DNA from: Rikenellaceae bacterium | GTDB taxonomy: Bacteria; Bacteroidota; Bacteroidia; Bacteroidales; UBA932 | Length of the DNA: 45,728 bases | NCBI GenBank assembly: GCA_900767375.1 | Contig: CAAFYX010000001.1 | Span: 1-45,728, forward strand | Direction of reading: 5' to 3' | Shown here: positions 1 to 8,069 of the stretch, in pieces | Layout of the letters: each line of letters opens with the position of its first letter | How positions within the stretch are numbered: the first letter of the stretch is position 1 | Notes under the pieces: generated by a model | The model's input: only the letters and a program-made list of their open reading frames with translations | Told to the model about the DNA's origin: nothing | Database searches by the model: none | Made by a program: the position numbers and the translations under genes

Positions 1-372
1 CCGTCCGACCTTCCGGGAGTCGCGCGCAGACTTTCTGCTAAGGTCTCCACCGGCGCGCGTCCGGTCTCCGTCCTGATGAAGGCGGGACATCTCGAGGACG
101 ACGAGCTGGTGGACTACTTCTATAATGCCGGGGAGGACCGCGTCATCGAGCTCCGGTCGCCTCGCCTCCACTCTCGCAACACCCACGGGACCGGCTGCAC
201 CCTGTCCTCCGCCTTTGCTTCATATCTGGCTCAGGGACAGTCACTTGATGATGCCGCGCGCAGTGCCAAAGCATACATAGCCAGGGCCATCGAGTCCGGT
301 GCGCAGTACGAAATAGGCCATGGTCACGGGCCTGTGGACCATTTCTGGAATTTGTCCGGAAAAAATGATTAA
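1..372 (+). CDS. thiD: Hydroxymethylpyrimidine/phosphomethylpyrimidine kinase, 3' part (truncated by window edge)
   Basis: Frame is open from base 1. Motifs KAGH, NTHGTGCTLSSA and GHGHGPVDH are typical of the ThiD C-terminus. Confidence 0.92.
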   Translation, partial: PSDLPGVARRLSAKVSTGARPVSVLMKAGHLEDDELVDYFYNAGEDRVIELRSPRLHSRNTHGTGCTLSSAFASYLAQGQSLDDAARSAKAYIARAIESGAQYEIGHGHGPVDHFWNLSGKND

Positions 373-377
373 CTTTG
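370..377 (+). promoter_or_regulatory. Bacteroidota sigma-A -7 promoter box (TAACTTTG)
   Basis: Matches TAnnTTTG, overlaps the thiD stop and ends 7 nt before the ATG at 385. Confidence 0.65.
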
Positions 378-384
378 TCACGAT

Positions 385-942
385 ATGGATGACAGGAGAA
401 CAGAAATATACGACGCTTTCGAGCAGAAGCTGCGCAGCGAGCTGATGAAGCTCTGCACGCAGTTCAGAATGATGGAATCACAGCTGCTCCGTTCCGATGA
501 CATTGACGCCAAGTGGGACGAGTTCGCGCGTGACTATGTCATCGACGCCGTCCACAATTTCAACGATTATCCCGAGTTCGCTATAGCCTGCGCCGGTTAT
601 CTGGGAATGGCCGTCGCTTGCCGTTGGGACTCCTGCTGGGGCTCCCACCATTCTGACGGATATCTGGATTACTATGGTTCCAAGGGATTCGACGACATGG
701 ACGAGCATATCCTCAGGGATATCCTAGGTTACGCCCTCGATTCGGAAAAGGCCGCGCAGATTAACTCCCTTATGGCGAAGTGCGCAGAGCTGGCGCTCAC
801 CCTAGTCCGCCGCGAAGGATTCGAGTCACAGAGCGTCGAGGCCTATTATGTCCTTATCAGATGCGTGAAGGTGATGTTCCAGATAGGGGAGTCCATAGAG
901 CTTTTCCGTCTGGGATACAAGTTCGAGAAAATATGTTCTTAA
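385..942 (+). CDS. Hypothetical protein, Bacteroidales type
   Basis: 185-aa ORF with host-like codon usage and its own promoter box. No function recognised. Confidence 0.8.
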   Translation: MDDRRTEIYDAFEQKLRSELMKLCTQFRMMESQLLRSDDIDAKWDEFARDYVIDAVHNFNDYPEFAIACAGYLGMAVACRWDSCWGSHHSDGYLDYYGSKGFDDMDEHILRDILGYALDSEKAAQINSLMAKCAELALTLVRREGFESQSVEAYYVLIRCVKVMFQIGESIELFRLGYKFEKICS

Positions 943-955
943 CAAATATACTCCT

Positions 956-1930
956 ATGTTCAAGATCGGAATAATCGGAGCCGGCTGGATAGCCGACAAG
1001 ATGGCCGAAACAATCACCGGCCTGAAGGACGTACAGAAATACGCCATCGCATCACGTGACCTGAAGAAAGCTCAGGATTTCGCCGCCCAGTGGGGCTTTG
1101 CCAAGGCTTACGGAAGCTACAAGGAGCTTGTCGATGACCCTGACGTGGATATGGTGTACATCGCCACTCCGCACTCGCATCATCTGGAGCATGCTTCGCT
1201 GGCCATCGAGGCCGGGAAGCCGGTCCTTTGCGAGAAGGCTTTCACGGCCAACTACCGCCAGGCGGCGGAACTGCTCGAACTCGCCCATAAGAAGGGCGTG
1301 TTCATCACCGAGGCCATCTGGCCGCGCTATATGCCTGTCGCCCTCAAGGTTAAGGAACTTCTGGACAATGGAACCATAGGCGAGCCGTGCCAGCTTTCCG
1401 CCACCCTCTGCTATCCTATGATGGAGAAGGAGCGCATCCTCCGTCCGGAACTCTGCGGCGGCGCCCTCCTGGACCTCGGAGTCTATTGCATCCACTTCGC
1501 CAGGATGTACTTCGGCGGAGACATTGAAAGGACAGTGTCATCCTGCCTGCTTCACGAAACAGGCATCGACTCATACAACCAGGAGACCCTCTACTACCGT
1601 GACGGCCGTGTCGCCAATCTCCAGTCCAGCGCCCTCTCCCGCGACAACCGCCAGGGAGTCATCACCGGCACGAATGGATATATGGTGATCGACAACGTCA
1701 ACTCCCCGTGGGGTATCCACGTCTATGACCTGGATTATCAGCTCCAGCAGGAGTTCTCGTCCCCTGCTGACATGATCACCGGCTACGAGTACCAGGTGCT
1801 TGCCAGCCGTGAGGCCATAGCGAAGGGCTGGCTGGAATCTCCGTACATCCCTCACCAGGAGACCCTTGAGGTTATGAAGATGATGGATGCCTTCCGCGCA
1901 GAGTGGGGAGTCAAATACCCGATGGATTAA
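956..1930 (+). CDS. Gfo/Idh/MocA family NAD(P)-dependent oxidoreductase
   Basis: N-terminal Rossmann motif IGAGWIA, YIATPHSHH, LCEKAF, GGALLDLGVY. Confidence 0.92.
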   Translation: MFKIGIIGAGWIADKMAETITGLKDVQKYAIASRDLKKAQDFAAQWGFAKAYGSYKELVDDPDVDMVYIATPHSHHLEHASLAIEAGKPVLCEKAFTANYRQAAELLELAHKKGVFITEAIWPRYMPVALKVKELLDNGTIGEPCQLSATLCYPMMEKERILRPELCGGALLDLGVYCIHFARMYFGGDIERTVSSCLLHETGIDSYNQETLYYRDGRVANLQSSALSRDNRQGVITGTNGYMVIDNVNSPWGIHVYDLDYQLQQEFSSPADMITGYEYQVLASREAIAKGWLESPYIPHQETLEVMKMMDAFRAEWGVKYPMD

Positions 1931-1947
1931 AACAAAGAATTATTTAT

Positions 1948-3201
1948 ATGCCAAGTGAAATCAGGAACGAAGCTCTCTGGCAGGACGGAGAGCTGAAGAT
2001 AGAATGGGTCAAACATCATATGCCTCTGCTGAACTCCCTTGAAGAGGAGTTCTCTGCAGAAAAGCCTTTCAAGGGTCTGAAAATCGCCCTCTCGGTCCAT
2101 CTTGAGGCCAAGACCGCATACCTTTGCAAGGTCCTCGCCGCCGCCGGCGCCGAGATGTACGTCACAGGTTCCAACCCTCTTTCCACCCAGGATGACGTCG
2201 CCGCCGCGCTCGTGCACGACGGTCTGAACGTGTTTGCCTGGTACGGTGCCACCGCAGAAGAGTATGACCACCATATCAGCCGGGTCATCGCAGCTGGACC
2301 GAACATCATAATCGATGACGGAGGCGACCTCGTGAACATGATCCACTCGAACTACCCTCAGCTCATCCCCAATGTCATCGGCGGCTGCGAGGAGACCACT
2401 ACCGGCATACTCAGACTCCAGCGCCTCGACCGCGAGAAGAAGCTCCTTTTCCCGATGATGCTCGTGAACAACGCTGAGTGCAAGCATTTCTTTGACAACA
2501 GGTACGGCACCGGCCAGTCCGTCTGGGACGGCATCAACCGCACCACCAACCTCATCGTCGCGGGCAAGACCGTCGTCGTCGCCGGCTACGGCTGGTGCGG
2601 CAAGGGAGTCGCCATGCGCGCCAAGGGCCTCGGCGCCGAGGTCATCATCACCGAGGTCAATCCTGTCCGCGCCATGGAGGCTGTGATGGACGGTTTCAAG
2701 GTCATGAAAATGCACCAGGCCGCCGCTCAGGGCGATATCTTCATCACCGTCACAGGCTGTGACAATGTAATCACGCCGGCCGACTTCCTCGAAATGAAGG
2801 ACGGTGCCATCTGCTGCAACGCCGGCCATTTCGACTGCGAGGTCGCTGTCGCAGAGCTCGCCGCAATGGCCGTATCCGTCAAGCCCGCCCGCAAGAACAT
2901 CATCGGCTATACCCTTGCCAATGGTCATAAGATCTACATCCTCGCCGAAGGCCGTCTCGTGAACCTCGCCGCCGGCGACGGCCATCCGGCTGAGATTATG
3001 GACATGTCCTTCGCCATCCAGGCCCTCAGCGCCCGCTGGCTTGTCAGCCACAAGGACACCTTGACAAGAAAGCCGGGATCAATGGTAATTGAAATCCCGG
3101 CTGAAATAGACGATATGGTGGCGCGCCGCAAGCTTGCCTCCTGGGGTTACGAGATCGACACCCTCACCGACGAGCAGCGCCGCTATCTTTACGGAGAATA
3201 G
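1948..3201 (+). CDS. ahcY: Adenosylhomocysteinase (SAH/SIH hydrolase), short archaeal/Thermotoga/Firmicutes type
   Basis: SNPLSTQD, DDGGD, EETTTG, KHFFDNRYGTGQS, GYGWCGKG, NAGHFD, EGRLVNL, GHPAEIMDMSF. Start placed at ATG 1948, after the upstream stop. Confidence 0.95.
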   Translation: MPSEIRNEALWQDGELKIEWVKHHMPLLNSLEEEFSAEKPFKGLKIALSVHLEAKTAYLCKVLAAAGAEMYVTGSNPLSTQDDVAAALVHDGLNVFAWYGATAEEYDHHISRVIAAGPNIIIDDGGDLVNMIHSNYPQLIPNVIGGCEETTTGILRLQRLDREKKLLFPMMLVNNAECKHFFDNRYGTGQSVWDGINRTTNLIVAGKTVVVAGYGWCGKGVAMRAKGLGAEVIITEVNPVRAMEAVMDGFKVMKMHQAAAQGDIFITVTGCDNVITPADFLEMKDGAICCNAGHFDCEVAVAELAAMAVSVKPARKNIIGYTLANGHKIYILAEGRLVNLAAGDGHPAEIMDMSFAIQALSARWLVSHKDTLTRKPGSMVIEIPAEIDDMVARRKLASWGYEIDTLTDEQRRYLYGE

Positions 3202-3203
3202 CT

Positions 3204-4055
3204 TTATGCATTGGCCTGCGGCGAGTCGGGGTTGATCATCATCAGCTCGATCTTGTTCCCGTCAGGGTCGTGGATCCAGGCCTGATAGTTCAGGTCTGCG
3301 GCTGTCTTCGGCTCCTGGTCGATCCGGACGCCGATGGACCTGAGCCTTTCGACATCCTCGAGAAGGTTGTCCGTCTCGACACAGAGATGGTTGAATCCGC
3401 GTGAGTTCCAGCCTTTGTTAGGATTTTCCCCTTCACCGTTCGGGATGAGTTCGAGATAAACGCCGTCGGCGATGCGGACATAGTACAGCCAAGGTTCGCC
3501 TTCGTCATTGTTCTGGATACCGATGAGCTTCAGGCCCAGCTTGTTGCAGTAGAAGTCGAGCGATGCTTCCATATCCTTTACGACGAAGCAGGCGTGGCCT
3601 ATTCCGGCATAGCCTTCGCGGCCGAACTCGTAAGGAGCCTCGTTGCTCTTCATCTGAATGGATTCCGGAACGTATTCCTGAAGTTCGATGCCGTTGCCGT
3701 CAGGATCATAAAGCCAGATGTTCCTGTTCAGGCTCTTCTCGATTTGAGGCTCAGGGGAGTCGATATAGCCTTTATCATAAATCTCCTGCAGTGTTTTGCG
3801 CAAGTTTCCGACCGTTACGCACAGGTGGTTGTAGCCTGTCTTCTTGAAGTCGAAGGCATAGTCGCGGTCGTTCAGACCGTCATAGAAGAGCTCTAGGAAA
3901 TGGCCTTTGCATATCTTTACGTAGATAATCCAGGGATCCCCGTTCTCGTGGTGAAGCTCGAAGACTTTCTTCCATCCGAAAACATTCTCGAAAAACTCTA
4001 CTGACCTGTCCATGTCCAGTGGATTCAGGGCGATGTGTGCGATGTCCTTTATCAT
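3204..4055 (-). CDS. Tandem two-domain VOC/glyoxalase family protein
   Basis: Two internally homologous halves: HIAL/LELF/YNHLC/DPDGNGIEL and HACF/LELI/FNHLC/DPDGNKIEL. Confidence 0.88.
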   Translation of the reverse strand: MIKDIAHIALNPLDMDRSVEFFENVFGWKKVFELHHENGDPWIIYVKICKGHFLELFYDGLNDRDYAFDFKKTGYNHLCVTVGNLRKTLQEIYDKGYIDSPEPQIEKSLNRNIWLYDPDGNGIELQEYVPESIQMKSNEAPYEFGREGYAGIGHACFVVKDMEASLDFYCNKLGLKLIGIQNNDEGEPWLYYVRIADGVYLELIPNGEGENPNKGWNSRGFNHLCVETDNLLEDVERLRSIGVRIDQEPKTAADLNYQAWIHDPDGNKIELMMINPDSPQANA

Positions 4056-4074
4056 GGTTATGTCCGTTTTTGTA

Positions 4075-4082
4075 CAAATATA
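4075..4082 (-). promoter_or_regulatory. -7 promoter box (TATATTTG) for the VOC gene
   Basis: TAnnTTTG on the minus strand about 20 nt upstream of the ATG at 4055. Confidence 0.55.
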
Positions 4083-4138
4083 TTAACATATTTGATTCTT
4101 GTGCGTCTTTCTGACAAGAAACACAAATCGAGAAAGCC

Positions 4139-4543
4139 ATGAGAACGAGATCATTTTTTGCAGCGGGCGTTGCAGCGCTTCTGCTCACTGCCTGTCAGAC
4201 AGATTATTACGAGCCTGTTTTCGGTATTGACAATCTCCCGACGGTCATTCCTGCCGCCGGCGGGCGCTTTAAGATAGATTATGATTACGCATACTATGAC
4301 ACCAGGGCGGACGAGGCATTCTTCGACTGGGAGTATAGAATCATAGTCGACGGTGTGGTGACCAAGGTTGTCGACATAGAGGAAGGCTGGCGCAACTCGC
4401 GCTTCATTGTGGATATCGATCCTAACTTCGATTCATATCCGAAGTCAGTCCTCGTGGAGGTAAGCACCCACGTGTATATGCCGATGGAGGATTACTGGGG
4501 TGACTGGACCCCTGTCTGCTCTTCCGTCCAGCTCGGCAGATAG
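4139..4543 (+). CDS. Hypothetical lipoprotein
   Basis: Signal peptide II MRTRSFFAAGVAALLLTAC with an LTAC lipobox. Mature part is acidic and beta-rich. Confidence 0.75.
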   Translation: MRTRSFFAAGVAALLLTACQTDYYEPVFGIDNLPTVIPAAGGRFKIDYDYAYYDTRADEAFFDWEYRIIVDGVVTKVVDIEEGWRNSRFIVDIDPNFDSYPKSVLVEVSTHVYMPMEDYWGDWTPVCSSVQLGR

Positions 4544-4564
4544 TTTATTGAGCCATTAAGGCTT

Positions 4565-5536
4565 TCAGCATATTTTGAGCATTTCGGCGGTGTCGTCAAG
4601 GGAGAGGGAGTCCTCTACGGCGATGCCGCCGTTCTTTGTGCGTCTGAGGCTGCTGAGGAAGGCGCCGCTGTCGAGCGCTTCGCCGAGGTCTCTGGCGAGG
4701 GCGCGGATGTATGTGCCCTTCGAGCAGTCCACCCTGACCATCGCTGTCGGCAGATTGTATCCCGATATGTCCGCCACATGTATCCTCCCCGACTTTGCAT
4801 TGTTTGACTGCTCGTCCCCAGCGGAAGGTACTGTGTCTGAAAATCGTGCCACCCTCGGCACTATTTCTGACTGGCTCCTGCCAGACTGGCGCTCCCGGCC
4901 TTCCGTTTCACACGGCCTCCGCGGGGCATCTGATGATGCCATCGCTTCGCTCCAAGGCCCATCCGCCGACAGGAAAGAGTCAAGCTGAAGGTCGTAAATG
5001 GTGATGCGGGAGGCCTGGAGGATGTCGGAGCCTTCGTCGAGGCGGCCCTGCTTCAGGAGCTTGCGGGCTGTCTCGTAGGCGCGGACACCGTCGACGGACT
5101 TGGCGCTGAAGAGGGGAGCGACCTGGTCCTGCTCGCCGATGAAGGACTTGAGCACATCCCTCACCGACTCCTCGCTGACATTGTCCAGAGGATATTCCCT
5201 GTCAATCTCCTTCTCCAGATCGTATGAAGGAGTGGTGGCTCCGAAGGTCACTCCTGCAAGGTACTGCTTCGGAGAGCGCTGGAGCTCTTCCGCAAGCTTC
5301 GTGGCCTTGCCGATGCAGACCAGGAGCACACCGGTGGCCAGCGGGTCCAGTGTACCCGCGTGTCCTACCTTGAGGTTCTTCTTGCTGAAATGCTTGATAG
5401 CCTGATACTTGACCTTGCGGATTACATCCGCCGAGGTCCACCTGTAGGGTTTGTCGATAGGGATGATTATCCCTTCAGGGTAATCATCGATATTACCGGT
5501 AAGGACAAGTCCTCTGTGGGCTATCAGAGCGGACAT
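4565..5536 (-). CDS. truB: tRNA pseudouridine(55) synthase with a long internal insertion
   Basis: IDKPYRWTS, catalytic GHAGTLDPLATG, TPSYDLE, PLFSAKSVDG, CSKGTYIRALARDLG, LRRT. Confidence 0.95.
   Translation of the reverse strand: MSALIAHRGLVLTGNIDDYPEGIIIPIDKPYRWTSADVIRKVKYQAIKHFSKKNLKVGHAGTLDPLATGVLLVCIGKATKLAEELQRSPKQYLAGVTFGATTPSYDLEKEIDREYPLDNVSEESVRDVLKSFIGEQDQVAPLFSAKSVDGVRAYETARKLLKQGRLDEGSDILQASRITIYDLQLDSFLSADGPWSEAMASSDAPRRPCETEGRERQSGRSQSEIVPRVARFSDTVPSAGDEQSNNAKSGRIHVADISGYNLPTAMVRVDCSKGTYIRALARDLGEALDSGAFLSSLRRTKNGGIAVEDSLSLDDTAEMLKIC
4819..4968. repeat. 150-bp palindromic REP/MITE-like element inserted in frame in truB
   Basis: Imperfect terminal inverted repeat CAGCGGAAGG / CCATCCGCCG (8/10). 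Internal hairpins GTGCC/GGCAC, CTGGC/GCCAG, CCGT/ACGG, GGCATC/GATGCC, and a TCGCTTCGCT motif. Length is divisible by 3. Only one copy seen in the window. Confidence 0.55.
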
Positions 5537-5539
5537 CGC

Positions 5540-5968
5540 TTATACCGGAATCTTGTCGATCCTTCTCTGGTGGCGTCCGCCGGCGAACTCGGTGGTGAGC
5601 CAGGCGCGCACGATGCTGGTTGCCATGCGGTAGCTGATGAAGCGTGCTGGCATGACCAGAACATTGGCATCATTGTGCTCCTTTACGAGAGTGCCTACAG
5701 CCGTATTCCAGGCCAGACCGGCGCGGATGCCCTTGTGGTGGTTGAGTGTCATTGCCATACCGTTGCCGGTACCGCAGAGAGCGATTCCCTTGTCCACCTC
5801 ACCTTTCTCCACTGCAGCAGCCAGAGGATGGGCCACATCGGAGTAATCCATGCTTTCGGTGCTGTCAGTACCGAAGTTCACTACATCGTATCCCTTGCCG
5901 AGAAGGTAGGAGATAAGCTTTGTTTTATATTCGACACCAGCGTGATCGCTGCAAATTCCGATTTTCAT
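5540..5968 (-). CDS. rpiB: Ribose-5-phosphate isomerase B
   Basis: CSDHAG, LCGTGNG, HNDANVL, FAGGRHQRR. Confidence 0.95.
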   Translation of the reverse strand: MKIGICSDHAGVEYKTKLISYLLGKGYDVVNFGTDSTESMDYSDVAHPLAAAVEKGEVDKGIALCGTGNGMAMTLNHHKGIRAGLAWNTAVGTLVKEHNDANVLVMPARFISYRMATSIVRAWLTTEFAGGRHQRRIDKIPV

Positions 5969-5976
5969 TGTATTGA

Positions 5977-7536
5977 TTATTTACCTAGTTTTTCACCTGC
6001 AAATGCCATTCTCGCCGCGAACTCCTCCTTTCCGATGAAGGAGAGGATGTCTGCGATGCCCAGTCCGCTTGATGCGCCTGTAAGGGCGAGCCTGAGACAG
6101 TTCATAACCTTGCCCATAGGCCACTCGTTGCCGCGGATGTACTCCTCGAGAGCGGTTTCGATATTTTCCTTGGTCCATTCACCGCTGAACGAACCCATAT
6201 ATTCTGCTGCCTTGAATGCAAGGCTGTAGTTCTCTTCCTTCCAGAACTTGGCCACGTCCTTCTCTGCGAACTCCTGAGGAGCGGTGAAGAGGTAGGAAGC
6301 GATGGTCCAGAAGTCGGATACGAAGGTAGCGCGCTCCTTGATAAGGGCCACGACGCGGGTGACATAGTCTGCATCGGCCTTGATGCCCTTTTCCTCGAGG
6401 GATGGCATCCAGAGGGCTGCAAGCTCTGCATCGCCCTTCATGCGGAGGTATTCCTTATTGTACCATTTCGCTTTCTCAGGGTTGAACTTGGCTCCGCTCT
6501 TGGATACTTTCTCGACTGAGAACGCCTTGATCAGTTCATCCATTGAGAAGATTTCCTGTTCAGTGCCCGGATTCCAGCCGAGCATGGCGAGAAGGTTGAC
6601 GAATGCCTCAGGGAAATATCCGTCCTCGCGGTATCCGTGGTAGGTCTCACCTTCGGAGTTGAGCCAGTTGAGAGGGAATACAGGGAATCCCATCTTGTCA
6701 CCGTCGCGCTTGCTGAGCTTGCCGTTTCCGACAGGCTTGAGAAGGAGAGGGAGGTGTGCAAACCTTGGCATGGTGTCCTCCCAGCCGAATGCCTTGTAGA
6801 GCATATAATGGAGAGGGAGGGAAGGGAGCCACTCCTCACCGCGGATGACCTCGGTGATCTCCATCAGATGGTCGTCCACGATATTGGCGAGGTGGTAGGT
6901 AGGGAGCTCGTCGGCCCTCTTCCAGAGCACCTTGTCGTCGAGGGTGTCGGTATTGACCTCGACGTGGCCGCGGATAAGGTCGTCCATCTTCACGACAGTG
7001 TCCTCCGGCATCTTGAAACGGATGGTCCAGTTGGTGGTCTCCTCAAGGAGCTTCTTCGTTTCTTCCTCGCTGAGGGTGAGGGAGTTGCGGAGGCCCATGC
7101 GGGACTTCTGGTTATAGATGAAGGTTTCGCCCCTGGCCTCGGTAGCTGCGCGCACGGTTTCGAGCTCCTCGGCGGAGTCAAAGGCGTAGTAGGCGTATCC
7201 GTTGGCTATGAGCTGCTCGGCATACTTGCGGTAGATTCCGCGTCTCTGGCTCTGGCGGTAAGGGGCGTGAGGGTGCTTGGCGCTGGCCTCTTCGACTACC
7301 TTTCCGTTCTCGTCCACTCCTTCGTCAGGAATGATTCCGCACCAGTTCAGGGCTTCGATGATATACTGCTCGGCTCCCGGGACGAACCTGTGGGAGTCAG
7401 TGTCTTCGATCCTTATGATGAAGTCTCCGCCTTTCTGCTTGGCATAGAGATAGTTGTAGAGCGCAGTCCTGACTCCTCCCATATGGAGCGGGCCGGTAGG
7501 TGACGGCGCGAATCTTACTCTTGTTCTTCTTTCCAT
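5977..7536 (-). CDS. gltX: Glutamate--tRNA ligase
   Basis: RVRFAPSPTGPLHMGG (HIGH), IRIEDTD, IRGEEWL, KLSKR (KMSKS). Start at ATG 7536, downstream of the promoter box. Confidence 0.96.
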   Translation of the reverse strand: MERRTRVRFAPSPTGPLHMGGVRTALYNYLYAKQKGGDFIIRIEDTDSHRFVPGAEQYIIEALNWCGIIPDEGVDENGKVVEEASAKHPHAPYRQSQRRGIYRKYAEQLIANGYAYYAFDSAEELETVRAATEARGETFIYNQKSRMGLRNSLTLSEEETKKLLEETTNWTIRFKMPEDTVVKMDDLIRGHVEVNTDTLDDKVLWKRADELPTYHLANIVDDHLMEITEVIRGEEWLPSLPLHYMLYKAFGWEDTMPRFAHLPLLLKPVGNGKLSKRDGDKMGFPVFPLNWLNSEGETYHGYREDGYFPEAFVNLLAMLGWNPGTEQEIFSMDELIKAFSVEKVSKSGAKFNPEKAKWYNKEYLRMKGDAELAALWMPSLEEKGIKADADYVTRVVALIKERATFVSDFWTIASYLFTAPQEFAEKDVAKFWKEENYSLAFKAAEYMGSFSGEWTKENIETALEEYIRGNEWPMGKVMNCLRLALTGASSGLGIADILSFIGKEEFAARMAFAGEKLGK

Positions 7537-7558
7537 CCTATATTCGGTTAATATCTGA

Positions 7559-7566
7559 CAAAGATA
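7559..7566 (-). promoter_or_regulatory. -7 promoter box (TATCTTTG) for gltX-rpiB-truB
   Basis: Exact TAnnTTTG on the minus strand, 22 nt upstream of the gltX ATG. Confidence 0.7.
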
Positions 7567-7669
7567 GACATTTTTATTTAGGAATGGCACCTTATTGTCC
7601 CGGAATGGGTGAAACTGCCCGTAACGGTTTCACAAAATATATCACAAAATCACAAAAAGAATAAAGGAT

Positions 7670-7797
7670 TAACAAAAGAATTTCCTATTTTTACAAACAA
7701 GTTGCAAATAGAATTGTCCCGTATTACCCCTAGGTTCAAGCACGAAACGCAATCGGGGAGAAGAATTTGAGCCGGGCGGCTTTGCCGATTGTTTCTG
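7670..7797 (-). ncRNA. Candidate structured small RNA (unassigned)
   Basis: Lies downstream of a TATCTTCG -7-like box (7801-7808, minus) and has no ATG on this strand. Long stem 7744-7756/7785-7795 encloses hairpin 7770-7781, followed by an AT-rich hairpin at about 7685-7711. Confidence 0.3.
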
Positions 7798-7875
7798 ACA
7801 CGAAGATACAACAATTTTCGAAAGTTGAATCTTTTATGCCATACAGACGGATGAAAACGCCACAGTAATTTTATG

Positions 7876-7883
7876 TATCTTTG
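7876..7883 (+). promoter_or_regulatory. -7 promoter box (TATCTTTG) for the peptide-lipoprotein unit
   Basis: Exact TAnnTTTG 20 nt upstream of ATG 7904. Confidence 0.7.
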
Positions 7884-7903
7884 CAGATTAATTGCCAATT
7901 TTT

Positions 7904-8059
7904 ATGATGGTTGAATCCATAAACACAAGAGAGAGCGGGTGTCTCTATATAGGCCCGAGTATAGAAGTTGTCAGAATAAATGTTCAAGGCTTGCTCTGCG
8001 GAAGCCCGTATGAAAACGAGCCGATGGGCGAGAAAGATATTTCGGATGCCTTCGATTAG
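7904..8059 (+). CDS. Small 51-aa peptide with YxxPxxEV...LCxS motif (absent from ORF track)
   Basis: Hand translation gives MMVESINTRESGCLYIGPSIEVVRINVQGLLCGSPYENEPMGEKDISDAFD*. It sits between a promoter box and the lipoprotein start, with its stop 10 nt before ATG 8070. Confidence 0.75.
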   Translation: MMVESINTRESGCLYIGPSIEVVRINVQGLLCGSPYENEPMGEKDISDAFD

Positions 8060-8069
8060 GAATAAATCT

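Noticed and set aside
1927..3051. 374-aa ORF antisense to ahcY
   Set aside because: Shadow frame caused by strong GC3 bias. It has no recognisable motifs and fully overlaps a clear gene.
7980..8069. N-terminal extension of the 654-aa ORF given in the track
   Set aside because: It overlaps the small peptide gene and would bury the signal peptide II. The true start is 8070 or 8085.
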